A DNA stretch of 64,000 nucleotides from contig CAZBQL010000002.1 in the NCBI GenBank assembly GCA_964493985.1, forward strand, positions 2,824 to 66,823. The letters run 5' to 3'. The position numbers were made by a program, and so were the translations under genes. The notes under the pieces are model-generated. The model searched no databases. It was given only the letters and a program-made list of their open reading frames with translations, and had not been told where the DNA came from. The stretch comes from an uncultured Dehalococcoidales bacterium (GTDB lineage Bacteria; Chloroflexota; Dehalococcoidia; Dehalococcoidales; UBA2162). The stretch's first letter is position 1. Each line of letters begins with the position of its first letter. Positions 1-10,342 of the stretch are shown here, piece after piece.

Positions 1-492
1 TCCTTCAGCATCAATGGTAATTGGAGCATACTGAGTGACAGGCGACATTCGGCTTCACCGATGAGACCAGATCAAGGTGTTATCGAGAACAGTATTGTTA
101 GTCCAGGGTGTATTATCGAAGGTTGCGTGCAAAACTCTATCCTGTCACCCGGTGTCAGGATAGAAAAGCAGGCCACCGTCAGGAATTCGATCCTGATGTC
201 AGGGGTTTCGGTTGGTTACCACAGCGTAATCGACCGCTGTATTCTGGATGAGGATATCAATGTTGGCCGGTTCTGTTACATTGGATTTGGCAAGGACCTG
301 TTTACGGAATCCTGCGACATAACGACAGTAGGAAAGGGAGTAACGATCCCGAGTCATACTGCCGTGGGAAGAGATTGCACGATAATGCCCCATGTTGAAC
401 CATCTGATTTCCAGGGAAGCATGATTCCTTCAGGTACAACCTTATCTCGTAAAAGTGATAGACTGAGACAGCTCACTGAAATAATTGCTTGA
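1..492 (+). CDS. glgC: Glucose-1-phosphate adenylyltransferase, C-terminal part (5' end lies outside the window)
   Basis: Frame 1 is open from base 1 with no stop before the listed ATG at 61. The translation shows the repetitive left-handed beta-helix pattern (NSIVSPGCIIEG..NSILSPGVRI..NSILMSGVSVG..IDRCILDEDINVG) typical of the GlgC C-terminal domain. It sits at the head of a glucan operon. Confidence 0.75.
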   Translation, partial: SFSINGNWSILSDRRHSASPMRPDQGVIENSIVSPGCIIEGCVQNSILSPGVRIEKQATVRNSILMSGVSVGYHSVIDRCILDEDINVGRFCYIGFGKDLFTESCDITTVGKGVTIPSHTAVGRDCTIMPHVEPSDFQGSMIPSGTTLSRKSDRLRQLTEIIA

Positions 493-786
493 ATCGATTA
501 TTATTTTAATATCCGCCAAAGTGGGAAGAAAAGGACCAGTGTTATACCGGGAGCTCGAGACCTGCTTGAGAAAGATAGTATGTTAGATGCATTGGATCCT
601 TACTGAAACGCATCAGAGTAGTTTGACAGAATCTCCCGGTAAAGAAATCGAAGCCTACAACCAGGAAGAGAAAAGGAAACTGCCAACTGATTTTTAGAAA
701 GAAGCTGCCGAATTCTGGCCTTATAGACTGCTTTTGTATACAATGTAAGAATTGATGAGTAAGGTTCCAGATTCAGGTATCTTCAT

Positions 787-2772
787 ATGAACAAGAAAAA
801 ACTTAGCAATCAGCGAATCATTATTGACCGGGTAGAGCCAGAAATTGACTGTGGCCGGTTTCCTGCTAAACGAATAACAGGCGACACAGTGAAGGTCGAA
901 GCTGATATTTTTGCCGATGGCCACGATGTCCTCACGGCTGTTCTGAAACATCGGAGAGAATGGGAAACAGACTGGACTGAAACACACATGGAACCACTTG
1001 TTAATGACCGGTGGAGTGGTTCATTCGTTGTTCAAAATCCGGGGAAGTACAAATACACCATTTCTGCCTGGATAAACAGGTTCGGTACGTGGCAGCAAAA
1101 CCTGGAAAAGAAGGCAAACGTCAGGCAGTCTACTTCTGTGGATTTCATCGAAGGAGCCGAATTGCTGAAAGTTACCATTTCCGGTGCTTCGGTTAAAGAT
1201 AAGGAATCCCTCCGTAAAGCGATCGATGTTTTCGCGGGTGACGATAAATCTTTATCGTACAAGACAAGACTGGCTCTGAGTAAGAACCTTACAGGATTGA
1301 TGAAAAGGTACCCGGACACCGGTTCCATTGTAAGCTACTTCAAAGAACTTGAAATAATCGTCGATTCTGCTATTGCCGGGTTCAGTTCCTGGTATGAGAT
1401 TTTCCCACGCTCATGCGCTGAAAAAAGCGGAGAACACGGAACGTTCAAAGATTGTGAGAGGTGGCTGCCCTATATAGCCGGAATGGGTTTTGACGTACTT
1501 TATTTTCCTCCGATTCATCCTATCGGTAAGACCAGCCGGAAAGGTAAAAACAATACTACCGAAGCCATGCCTGATGATCCTGGTACCCCCTGGGCTATTG
1601 GTTCTATCGAGGGCGGGCACAAAGCGGTCCATCCTCAACTAGGTACACTGCAGGAATTTCATTCACTGTTGGAAAAAGCCCGGGAACATTGCATTGAAAT
1701 TGCCCTGGATATCGCCTTCCAGTGTTCGCCCGATCACCCCTACGTGAAAGAACATCCGGAGTGGTTCCGCTGGCGTCCGGATGGTACTGTACAGTATGCC
1801 GAAAATCCGCCGAAAAAATATCAGGATATCTATCCATTCAACTTTGAGACCGATCACTGGCAGGAACTATGGGAAGAATTAAAAAGCATCGTTGATTTCT
1901 GGATAGACCAGGGAGTGCGAATTTTCCGTGTAGACAACCCGCATACCAAGCCGTTTGGTTTCCTGGAATGGATGATAGCCGGAATTAAGCAAAAACATCC
2001 GGAAGTATTATTCCTTGCTGAAGCATTTACCCGCCCCAAGATAATGTACCGCCTGGCAAAACTGGGTTTCAGCCAGTCATATACTTACTTCACCTGGCGT
2101 AATACTAAATGGGAATTAACCCAGTACCTGACCGAGCTAACAACTACCGAAGTTGTAGAATTTTTCCGCCCGAACTTCTGGCTTAACACACCGGATATAC
2201 TAAGTGATTACCTGAGAGATGGCGGAAAACCTGCGTTTATGAGCCGGATTGTCCTTGCCGCTACTCTTTCCGGCAACTATGGAATTTACGGCCCTGCTTT
2301 CGAGTTGTACGAGAATCGTCGTAAAGATACGGAGAGTGAAGAATACCTTAACTCTGAAAAATACGAACTTAAACACTGGAACACAGAAAGCCCTGATAGC
2401 CTGAAGGAATTTATCACAGGGATAAATCTTATCCGGAGGGAAAACCCCTCTCTGCATAGTGTCTTGAATCTGCACTTTCATACGGTGGATAACGACCAGC
2501 TTATATGTTACAGCAGGCAGGATGAAAAGGCATCGAATAATCTTCTTATTGTGGTCAATCTTGATTACAGGTACAAGCAATCAGGATGGGTATATCTTGA
2601 ACTCGACAAACTCTCTATGAAGCAGGATGAATCTTACGAAGTACATGACCTGTTGACAGGAGCAGTATACAGGTGGCAAGGCTCGCGTAATTATGTGGAA
2701 TTGGACCCGGAGAAGATACCGGCGCATATCTTTAAAATCAGGCGTTTTGATCAGTTAGCGGAAATAGACTGA
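787..2772 (+). CDS. glgE: Alpha-1,4-glucan:maltose-1-phosphate maltosyltransferase (GH13_3)
   Basis: The N-terminus RIIIDRVEPEIDCGRFPAKRITGDTVKVEADIFADGHD is the characteristic GlgE start. A GH13 core follows (FRVDNPHTKP, LAEAFTRPK). Length of 661 aa fits, and it is followed by treS-pep2. Confidence 0.9.
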   Translation: MNKKKLSNQRIIIDRVEPEIDCGRFPAKRITGDTVKVEADIFADGHDVLTAVLKHRREWETDWTETHMEPLVNDRWSGSFVVQNPGKYKYTISAWINRFGTWQQNLEKKANVRQSTSVDFIEGAELLKVTISGASVKDKESLRKAIDVFAGDDKSLSYKTRLALSKNLTGLMKRYPDTGSIVSYFKELEIIVDSAIAGFSSWYEIFPRSCAEKSGEHGTFKDCERWLPYIAGMGFDVLYFPPIHPIGKTSRKGKNNTTEAMPDDPGTPWAIGSIEGGHKAVHPQLGTLQEFHSLLEKAREHCIEIALDIAFQCSPDHPYVKEHPEWFRWRPDGTVQYAENPPKKYQDIYPFNFETDHWQELWEELKSIVDFWIDQGVRIFRVDNPHTKPFGFLEWMIAGIKQKHPEVLFLAEAFTRPKIMYRLAKLGFSQSYTYFTWRNTKWELTQYLTELTTTEVVEFFRPNFWLNTPDILSDYLRDGGKPAFMSRIVLAATLSGNYGIYGPAFELYENRRKDTESEEYLNSEKYELKHWNTESPDSLKEFITGINLIRRENPSLHSVLNLHFHTVDNDQLICYSRQDEKASNNLLIVVNLDYRYKQSGWVYLELDKLSMKQDESYEVHDLLTGAVYRWQGSRNYVELDPEKIPAHIFKIRRFDQLAEID

Positions 2773-2780
2773 AAAAACGG

Positions 2781-5700
2781 TTGATAGACAGGAGCCATAT
2801 GGTAACGAAAGATAAAAATTATTTCTGGCGTGACGAAGATCCTCTTTGGTACAAGGATGCTGTTATCTATGAGTTGCATGTACGAGCCTTTTATGACAGT
2901 GACGGGGATGGCACCGGCGATTTTCCGGGGCTTACCCAGAAGCTTGATTATCTCCAGGACCTGGGTATTACTGCTATATGGCTGCTCCCATTTTATCCAT
3001 CACCATTCAAAGATGACGGATACGACGTTTCCTATTATACCGGAGTTCACCCCGGTTACGGATCGATCAGGGATGTTAAAAACTTAATTAGAGAAGCAAA
3101 TTTGCGCGGGCTTCGTGTTATTACCGAGTTGATACTGAACCATACTTCCAATCAGCATCCCTGGTTCCAGAGGGCGCGTCGTGCGCCACGAGAAAGTCCA
3201 GCCCATCAATTCTACGTCTGGAGTGATAATCAGGACAGATATAAAGAAGCCCGTGTAATCTTCAAAGATTTCGAACAGTCGAATTGGGCATGGGACCCTA
3301 TGGCCGGAAGCTATTACTGGCATCGTTTCTACTCTCACCAGCCGGATCTCAATTATAACAATCCTGAAGTGCGCCAGGAAATGCAGAAAGTAATCAATTT
3401 CTGGTTTGGCATGGGAGTTTCCGGTCTACGACTGGATGCCATTCCTTACCTCTACGAGAGAGAAGGGACCAATTGCGAAAATTTACCGGAAACACACGCA
3501 TATCTCAAAGAACTACGAAGAAAAATAGACTCGAGATTCCAGAACCGGATGCTTCTCGCCGAAGCAAATCAGTGGTCTGAGGACGCTGTTAATTATTTTG
3601 GTGATAGTGATGAGTGCCAAATGGCCTATCATTTTCCTTTAATGCCGCGAATGTTTATGGCAATTCGCATGGAAGACCGATTCCCGATTATTGATATACT
3701 CCAGAATACCCCTTCCATACCGGATACCTGCCAGTGGGCACTTTTTCTCCGAAATCATGACGAGCTTACTCTGGAAATGGTAACCGATGAAGAGCGCGAC
3801 TATATGTACCGGGTTTATGCCTATGACACCCACGCAAGGGTTAATCTTGGAATCAGACGCCGCCTGGCCCCTTTACTTAATAATGATCGAAAAAAGATAG
3901 AATTGATGAACGGTCTCCTTTTTTCACTACCCGGCACGCCGATTATATACTATGGCGATGAAATAGGTATGGGAGACAATATTTTTCTTGGTGACCGTGA
4001 CGGTGTTCGCACCCCGATGCAGTGGAGTGCAGACAGAAATGCCGGCTTCTCCCGCGCCAACCCTCAAAAACTATATTTACCGGTAATTTTTGATCCGGAG
4101 TACCACTATGAAGCCTGTAATGTCGAGAACCAGCAGAACAATCAGGATTCTCTTCTCTGGTGGATGAAGAGACTGATTTCTGCCAGGAAGCATTTTAAGG
4201 CTATTAGCCGCGGCAGCCTCAAATTTCTCCAACCGCCTAACCGGAAAATTCTTGCTTTCATAAGACGGTATGGAAATGAGAGCATACTCGTTGTTGCTAA
4301 CCTTTCCCGGCATGCTCAGCATACCGGACTGAACCTTACGGAATTTGAGGGACTCTCTCCGGTTGAAATTTTCGGTAAAGCTGAGTTCCCGGTTATCGGT
4401 GAATCAACCTACCAGTTGACACTCGGTCCCTATTCTTTCTACTGGTTTTCACTGGAACGGAGTCCGGAAGAACAAGTCACTGTAAAAAATTTACGGGTAA
4501 AACCTGTTATTCCGGAATTATTGGTTTCACAGAATTGGAAAAATCTTTATGCAAAAACAAAAAAACCGGCGTTTGCAGCGGTATTACTGCAATACGCTAC
4601 GGGGAAACGCTGGTTCGCCGGTAAATCCAGGGAAATAGTATCTTCTTCAATAGAGGAATGTATTACTATCCCATTTGATCAAAGTGAATATCACATGATT
4701 ATGTTGCGAATCGATTACACAGACGATGAGCCTGAGACGTACTTGATTCCTGTTGGCTTTGCCCTCGGAGAACAAGCTGAAAAGATAATGAACGAAAATC
4801 AACAAGCGATTATTTCAAGAGTAAAGCTAAAAACAAGAACCGGCGAAAGAACGGGCATCATATATGATCCAACGATATCGAGGTATTTTCGTGAAATGTT
4901 ACTGAATGCTGTGGGCAGACGGCGGCATTTCAAAGGAGAAAAGGGAGAGCTGGCGGCCGATTGCTCAAGACGTTTGTTTAATCTTTTACGTAAACCTGCA
5001 AAGGAAACTCAGGAGTCGTCTCTTTTGCAGGGCGAACAGTCAAATACATCGTTCGTGTATGGTGACAGGTTTAAATTTAAGCTGTTTCGTCGTTTGGAGG
5101 AAGGTGTAAGCCCTGAACTGGAAATTGGCAAGTTCTTTACCGAAATCCAGCCGTTTTCCAACACTGCATCCGTAGCAGGCTTCGTCGAGTACAGACGCCG
5201 CTGGAAGGAGTCGGTAACCCTGGGGATTTTACATGGTTATGTACAAAACGAAGGTGACGCCTGGCGTTATACGCTCGACTCCCTGGGACAATTTTTCGAA
5301 AGAGTTCTTGTACATCCGGAAGTTGAACTACAGATGCCCGCCGGAACATGTTTGCTGGATAATGCCAATGAAACTGTTCCCGAAGAAATAGGCAACCTGA
5401 TCGGTCCGTATTTAACTCCGGCGCAACTTCTCGGACAGCGCACCGCTGAAATGCACCTGGCTTTCGGATCGGCAGTTGATGACCCTAATTTCGTACCGGA
5501 ACCGTTTTCGATAACTTACCAGCGTGCTTTATTCCATGGCATGAGAAGTTTTGCCCACCAGGTTATGCAACGGTTAGAGAGCCGTGTAAGGTATCTGCCT
5601 GATGATGTAAAAGAAAGCGCCAGAAAAGTAATAGGGCTTGAAAATTCTATTGTAGAAAAATACCGAGAAGTTACAAGGAACAAGATAACAGGTATGAGAA

Positions 5701-6221
5701 CCAGGAATCATGGCGACTACCATCTTGGTCAGGTCCTTTATACGGGCAATGACTTCATTATCATTGATTTTGAGGGTGAACCTGCCCGTTCTCTCGGAGA
5801 GCGCCGTATTAAACGGACACCCCTCCGAGACGTCGCCGCCATGATACGCTCGTTTCATTACGCTGCGTACGTTGCCCTGCATGGTCAATCCGCAACGCCG
5901 CATCGTGTAGAAGATCTTCCGGTTCTCGAAAAATGGGCGGTTTGCTGGTATATGTGGGTTACTTCCGTATTCCTCAGCTCATACCTGGAAATAATGATGG
6001 ATTCCCCGATACTTCCGGAGACCAGGGACGGACAGAGAACCTTACTTGAGGCCTATCTACTGGACAAAGCCGTTTATGAAATAAATTACGAATTGAATAA
6101 TCGACCTGACTGGATAGGATTACCGATCCAGGGAGTTCTTGAAGTGCTCGGGATCGAAAACGAATCTGCCGGTGAAAAACTGCCTGAAAAACAGGGAGAA
6201 TTAACAAAGAGGCTGCAATGA
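2781..6221 (+). CDS. treS: Trehalose synthase / maltokinase fusion (TreS-Pep2)
   Basis: The N-terminal part is TreS-like GH13 (DPLWYKDAVIYELHVRAFYDSDGDGTGDFPGLTQKLDYLQDLGITAIWLLPFYPSP, GLRLDAIPYLYEREGT, FLRNHDELTLEM). The C-terminal ~450 aa is kinase-like (HGDYHLGQVL..DFIIIDFEGEP), as in maltokinase. The track start at 2781 is TTG. ATG at 2799 preceded by AGGAG is the more likely start. Confidence 0.9.
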   Translation: MIDRSHMVTKDKNYFWRDEDPLWYKDAVIYELHVRAFYDSDGDGTGDFPGLTQKLDYLQDLGITAIWLLPFYPSPFKDDGYDVSYYTGVHPGYGSIRDVKNLIREANLRGLRVITELILNHTSNQHPWFQRARRAPRESPAHQFYVWSDNQDRYKEARVIFKDFEQSNWAWDPMAGSYYWHRFYSHQPDLNYNNPEVRQEMQKVINFWFGMGVSGLRLDAIPYLYEREGTNCENLPETHAYLKELRRKIDSRFQNRMLLAEANQWSEDAVNYFGDSDECQMAYHFPLMPRMFMAIRMEDRFPIIDILQNTPSIPDTCQWALFLRNHDELTLEMVTDEERDYMYRVYAYDTHARVNLGIRRRLAPLLNNDRKKIELMNGLLFSLPGTPIIYYGDEIGMGDNIFLGDRDGVRTPMQWSADRNAGFSRANPQKLYLPVIFDPEYHYEACNVENQQNNQDSLLWWMKRLISARKHFKAISRGSLKFLQPPNRKILAFIRRYGNESILVVANLSRHAQHTGLNLTEFEGLSPVEIFGKAEFPVIGESTYQLTLGPYSFYWFSLERSPEEQVTVKNLRVKPVIPELLVSQNWKNLYAKTKKPAFAAVLLQYATGKRWFAGKSREIVSSSIEECITIPFDQSEYHMIMLRIDYTDDEPETYLIPVGFALGEQAEKIMNENQQAIISRVKLKTRTGERTGIIYDPTISRYFREMLLNAVGRRRHFKGEKGELAADCSRRLFNLLRKPAKETQESSLLQGEQSNTSFVYGDRFKFKLFRRLEEGVSPELEIGKFFTEIQPFSNTASVAGFVEYRRRWKESVTLGILHGYVQNEGDAWRYTLDSLGQFFERVLVHPEVELQMPAGTCLLDNANETVPEEIGNLIGPYLTPAQLLGQRTAEMHLAFGSAVDDPNFVPEPFSITYQRALFHGMRSFAHQVMQRLESRVRYLPDDVKESARKVIGLENSIVEKYREVTRNKITGMRTRNHGDYHLGQVLYTGNDFIIIDFEGEPARSLGERRIKRTPLRDVAAMIRSFHYAAYVALHGQSATPHRVEDLPVLEKWAVCWYMWVTSVFLSSYLEIMMDSPILPETRDGQRTLLEAYLLDKAVYEINYELNNRPDWIGLPIQGVLEVLGIENESAGEKLPEKQGELTKRLQ

Positions 6222-6269
6222 AGAACATACAGCAGGATACAAAGGAAACATCAGGGGAAAGATAGCGTA

Positions 6270-8399
6270 ATGAGTCCTGCCGCACGCATCCGTTTCCTTG
6301 ACCGGCTTGCCCGGCTTTACGGGATTCAGACCGCCTATTATGATGTTAACGATCAATACAGGCACAGCTCTCCCGAGGCTTTACTCGCATTGCTGCGGTC
6401 TCTCGGAGCGCCTGTTGAAACCGCTGCTGATGTTGAGAATGCCTGGCGTGAAAAACAACGCGATATCTGGCGGCAGCCGCTGGAGCCAGTCAGCGTTGTG
6501 CGTGAAGGAGAACCACCGCAGGTAGAAGTGCGTCTTCACTCATCCTTATCCGATACTGAAATACCCTGTTCGCTGATACTGGAAAATGGAGACGAACACA
6601 ATTTCATCTGGTCGGCTGCCGATACGCCGGTGATCAACTGTAATGAAGTAGATGGCGAACGATACTTCATAAAATATTTACCTTTGAATAAAAACATACC
6701 TTGGGGGTACCATACCATCATTGTTGAACTCCATCATGGAAGTGAGGAAGGCATGCTGATTTATTCCCCGGCTAAGGCCTACAATGCGGACCACGCAACC
6801 AGGCGCTGGTGGGGAATCTTTTTACCCCTTTATTCTCTGCGTAGTAAAAAAAGCTGGGGGGCAGGAGATTATTCCGACCTGGAAAAGTTTGCCGGGTGGG
6901 TGAGTGAAAAAGGTGGAGATATCATCGGGACTTTACCACTCCTGCCAACATTTACCGAAAGCGAAGCCAGCAACAGCCCCTATCTCCCTGTAAGCCGGTT
7001 AACATGGAATGACTTCTATCTTAACATCGAGGGTATTCCCGAATTAAGCGAGTGTCCGCAGGCACAGCTGATCATGGAATCAGAGTCATTTCGGAAAACT
7101 GTACAACATCTTAAAGATTCGGAATTGGTAAATTACCGGTCTGAGGCTGGACTAAAACGCCGGGTTCTAAAGGAGCTGAGTAGATTTTTCTTTTCCAGTG
7201 CATCGCATCGTTTACTTGAACTGCGGAAATTTGTGGATGAAAATCCTGCAATCGAAGACTATGCCCGGTTCCGTGCCGCCATTGATAAAAAGCAGTTACC
7301 CTGGAGGAAATGGGGGGAAGCAAGCCGGGATGGCGTTCTGGATGAGGGAGACTATTACGAAGAGGACAAAAATTACTATCTTTACGCGCAGTGGCTTGCC
7401 TATCAGCAAATAAATTCAGCAATAAAAAAAGCGGAAACGAAGGGTGTCGAGCTGTATCTGGACCTGCCTTTAGGCGTTCATCCCAATGGTTATGATGTAT
7501 GGCACGAACCTGATAATTTCATTAAGGATACCGCTACCGGATCTCCACCGGATACGGTGTTTACCAAAGGGCAGAACTGGACATTTAATCCTCCGCACCC
7601 TCAAAAAATAAGGGAACAGAGATACCGGTACATTATCTCCTACCTGCAACACCATATGAAACAGACCGGTTTACTTCGTATCGACCATGTAATGAGCTTA
7701 CACAGGTTGTTTACCATACCTGCAGGTTTTAGCGCGGAACAAGGAATTTACCTCAGGTATAATGCGAACGAGCTTTATGCCATACTCGCTTTGGAATCGC
7801 AACGAAATAAAACGGTAATAGTCGGAGAAGACCTGGGGACCGTACCGCCTTATGTGAAACCGGCAATGAATCGAAATGGCTTTGAACGAATGTATGTGCT
7901 GCATTATGAACTGGTCTCGAACAAAGGGAAAAACCTGCCGGCAGTTCCCCGAAATGTAGTAGCCAGTCTAAATACTCACGACATGTATCCGTTTGCCGCT
8001 TGCTGGCAGGGGCTGGATACTGAGCACCGTTTTAAACTGGGATTGATAAACAACGACCAGAAAATACAGGAACAGAATTCCCGGCGTGTGATGAGAGACT
8101 TACTCGCACGGGTATTGAAACAGAAAGGCCGGTTGAAAACCGACACACCTGACTTAACAACCGCTCTTGAGGCTAGTTTGTCGTTTCTGTCAGCGAGTCG
8201 AGCGTATGTATTGCTGATTAACCTGGAAGACCTATGGCTGGAAACAAAGCCCCAGAACATACCAAGTACGAGCACCGAATATCCCAACTGGAGACGCAGG
8301 GCTGCCTATCAACTGGATGATTTTAACCAGATATCAGGTTTACAGGAAATTCTAAAAAAGATAGACAGGCTTCGGCACCGGGAAAGCGGAAACGGGTAA
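6270..8399 (+). CDS. malQ: 4-alpha-glucanotransferase (amylomaltase, GH77) with long N-terminal extension
   Basis: GH77 motifs are present (LYLDLPLGVHPNGYDVW, LLRIDHVMSLHRLF, VIVGEDLGTVPPYV, LNTHDM). A ~200-aa N-terminal extension resembles that of actinobacterial-type long MalQ proteins. Confidence 0.9.
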   Translation: MSPAARIRFLDRLARLYGIQTAYYDVNDQYRHSSPEALLALLRSLGAPVETAADVENAWREKQRDIWRQPLEPVSVVREGEPPQVEVRLHSSLSDTEIPCSLILENGDEHNFIWSAADTPVINCNEVDGERYFIKYLPLNKNIPWGYHTIIVELHHGSEEGMLIYSPAKAYNADHATRRWWGIFLPLYSLRSKKSWGAGDYSDLEKFAGWVSEKGGDIIGTLPLLPTFTESEASNSPYLPVSRLTWNDFYLNIEGIPELSECPQAQLIMESESFRKTVQHLKDSELVNYRSEAGLKRRVLKELSRFFFSSASHRLLELRKFVDENPAIEDYARFRAAIDKKQLPWRKWGEASRDGVLDEGDYYEEDKNYYLYAQWLAYQQINSAIKKAETKGVELYLDLPLGVHPNGYDVWHEPDNFIKDTATGSPPDTVFTKGQNWTFNPPHPQKIREQRYRYIISYLQHHMKQTGLLRIDHVMSLHRLFTIPAGFSAEQGIYLRYNANELYAILALESQRNKTVIVGEDLGTVPPYVKPAMNRNGFERMYVLHYELVSNKGKNLPAVPRNVVASLNTHDMYPFAACWQGLDTEHRFKLGLINNDQKIQEQNSRRVMRDLLARVLKQKGRLKTDTPDLTTALEASLSFLSASRAYVLLINLEDLWLETKPQNIPSTSTEYPNWRRRAAYQLDDFNQISGLQEILKKIDRLRHRESGNG

Positions 8400-8404
8400 A
8401 GCGG

Positions 8405-10342
8405 ATGCAAAAGCACAAAATTTCTAATATGAATGTAAAAGGCGTATCCTGGCTTTCCGAAGAGGATATATTTCTCTTCAATGAAGGAAGTCACTATCGG
8501 CTTTATGAAAAACTCGGAGCTCATCCTGCAACAGTTTCAGGAAAAGAAGGGGCATATTTTGCTGTCTGGGCACCCAATGCAAGGCATGTATCCGTCACAG
8601 GTGACTTCAACGGCTGGAATAAAATGAGTCATCCCCTGCAGCCAAAAGCCAGTTCGGGAGTATGGGAAGGCTTTGTCGAAGGAATACCGGAAGGGTCTAT
8701 TTATAAGTATCATATCGAATCACGTTACAAAAGCTACAATGTCGATAAGGCTGATCCATTCGCATTCTATGCAGAGACACCTCCAAAAACCGGCTCGGTC
8801 ATTTACCGCCTTGATTACGAATGGGGAGATAGCGACTGGATGAAGACCAGGAGACCGCATAACTCGATCTATGCGCCGATCTCCATATACGAAATTCATC
8901 TCGGTTCCTGGAAGAGAAAGGTTGAAGAGGACCGTTTTCTCACGTACCGCGAACTTGCCCCCGAACTCACAGAACACATACTGAAAACAGGATTCACCCA
9001 CGTTGAATTTTTACCGATTATGGAACATCCTTTCTACGGTTCATGGGGATACCAGATTACAGGTTACTTTGCTCCGACAAGCCGCTACGGCACACCCCGG
9101 GACTTTATGTATCTTGTAGATTATCTTCATCAGAACGGCATCGGTGTTATTCTGGACTGGGTACCGTCCCACTTCCCCACCGACCAGCATGGTCTCGGTT
9201 ATTTCGATGGTACTCATCTCTATGAACACGAAGACCCCAGGAAAGGATTTCAACCTGACTGGCAAAGCTATATTTTTAATTATGGACGATCCGAGATCAG
9301 GAGTTTCCTGATATCAAGCGCTTTGTTCTGGCTGGATAAATATCACGTTGATGGAATTCGTGTTGACGCAGTTGCATCCATGCTGTACCTCGACTATTCA
9401 AGGAAAAAAGACTCGTGGATCCCAAATGAATACGGAGGTCGGGAAAATCTGGAAGCGATTGCCTTTTTAAAAAAGTTGAATGAGGCAGTATATCAGTACT
9501 ACCCGGACACGCAGACTATTGCCGAGGAATCAACAGCCTGGCCGATGGTTTCCAGGCCAACATATGTCGGTGGTCTGGGATTCGGCATGAAATGGGACAT
9601 GGGCTGGATGCATGATACTCTTCAATATATGTCACGTAATCCCGTGCACAGGAAATACCATCAGAATGAAATGACATTTCGGATGTTATACGCTTTCAAT
9701 GAAAACTTCGTTCTGCCCCTTTCCCATGATGAAGTTGTTTACGGCAAGGGTTCCCTGCTGGGAAAGATGCCGGGTGATGACTGGCAAAAGTTTGCCAATT
9801 ATCGTCTGCTGCTGGGCTATATGTACACCCAGCCAGGTAAGAAACTGCTTTTCATGGGTGCCGAATTTGGCCCATGGAATGAGTGGAATCACGACGGCAG
9901 CCTGGACTGGCATTTTCTGGAATACGACCGCCATCTCCAGCTTCAAAACTGGCTGATAGAATTAAACAAGTTTTACCGTGCCGAACCCGCCTTTCATGAA
10001 CTCGATTGTGATCCGGGCGGTTTCGAATGGATAGATGCCAGCGATGCCCTGCAAAGCATTTTGACTTATCTCAGAAGAGGTTCCAGCACCGGGGATATTA
10101 TAATTACGGTATGTAATTTTACCCCTACCGTTCACACAGGATACCGGATCGGCGTCCCGCGGGGAGGTGTATGGAAAGAGGTCCTAAACAGCGACGGACT
10201 CCAATACGGTGGCAGCGACCAGCGAAACCTGGCAAGCTTAAGGGCCGAAAAAATTCCCTGGCACGGACGTTCGCATTCCATTGAGATAATTGTGCCCCCA
10301 CTTTCACTCGTTTGTTTTGCCAGCCGGAGGAAAAGAAAATGA
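8405..10342 (+). CDS. glgB: 1,4-alpha-glucan branching enzyme (GH13_9)
   Basis: Canonical GlgB sequence throughout (AYFAVWAPNARHVSVTGDFNGWN, GVILDWVPSHFP, VDGIRVDAVASMLYLDYSR, IAEESTAWP, LPLSHDEVVYGK). Confidence 0.95.
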   Translation: MQKHKISNMNVKGVSWLSEEDIFLFNEGSHYRLYEKLGAHPATVSGKEGAYFAVWAPNARHVSVTGDFNGWNKMSHPLQPKASSGVWEGFVEGIPEGSIYKYHIESRYKSYNVDKADPFAFYAETPPKTGSVIYRLDYEWGDSDWMKTRRPHNSIYAPISIYEIHLGSWKRKVEEDRFLTYRELAPELTEHILKTGFTHVEFLPIMEHPFYGSWGYQITGYFAPTSRYGTPRDFMYLVDYLHQNGIGVILDWVPSHFPTDQHGLGYFDGTHLYEHEDPRKGFQPDWQSYIFNYGRSEIRSFLISSALFWLDKYHVDGIRVDAVASMLYLDYSRKKDSWIPNEYGGRENLEAIAFLKKLNEAVYQYYPDTQTIAEESTAWPMVSRPTYVGGLGFGMKWDMGWMHDTLQYMSRNPVHRKYHQNEMTFRMLYAFNENFVLPLSHDEVVYGKGSLLGKMPGDDWQKFANYRLLLGYMYTQPGKKLLFMGAEFGPWNEWNHDGSLDWHFLEYDRHLQLQNWLIELNKFYRAEPAFHELDCDPGGFEWIDASDALQSILTYLRRGSSTGDIIITVCNFTPTVHTGYRIGVPRGGVWKEVLNSDGLQYGGSDQRNLASLRAEKIPWHGRSHSIEIIVPPLSLVCFASRRKRK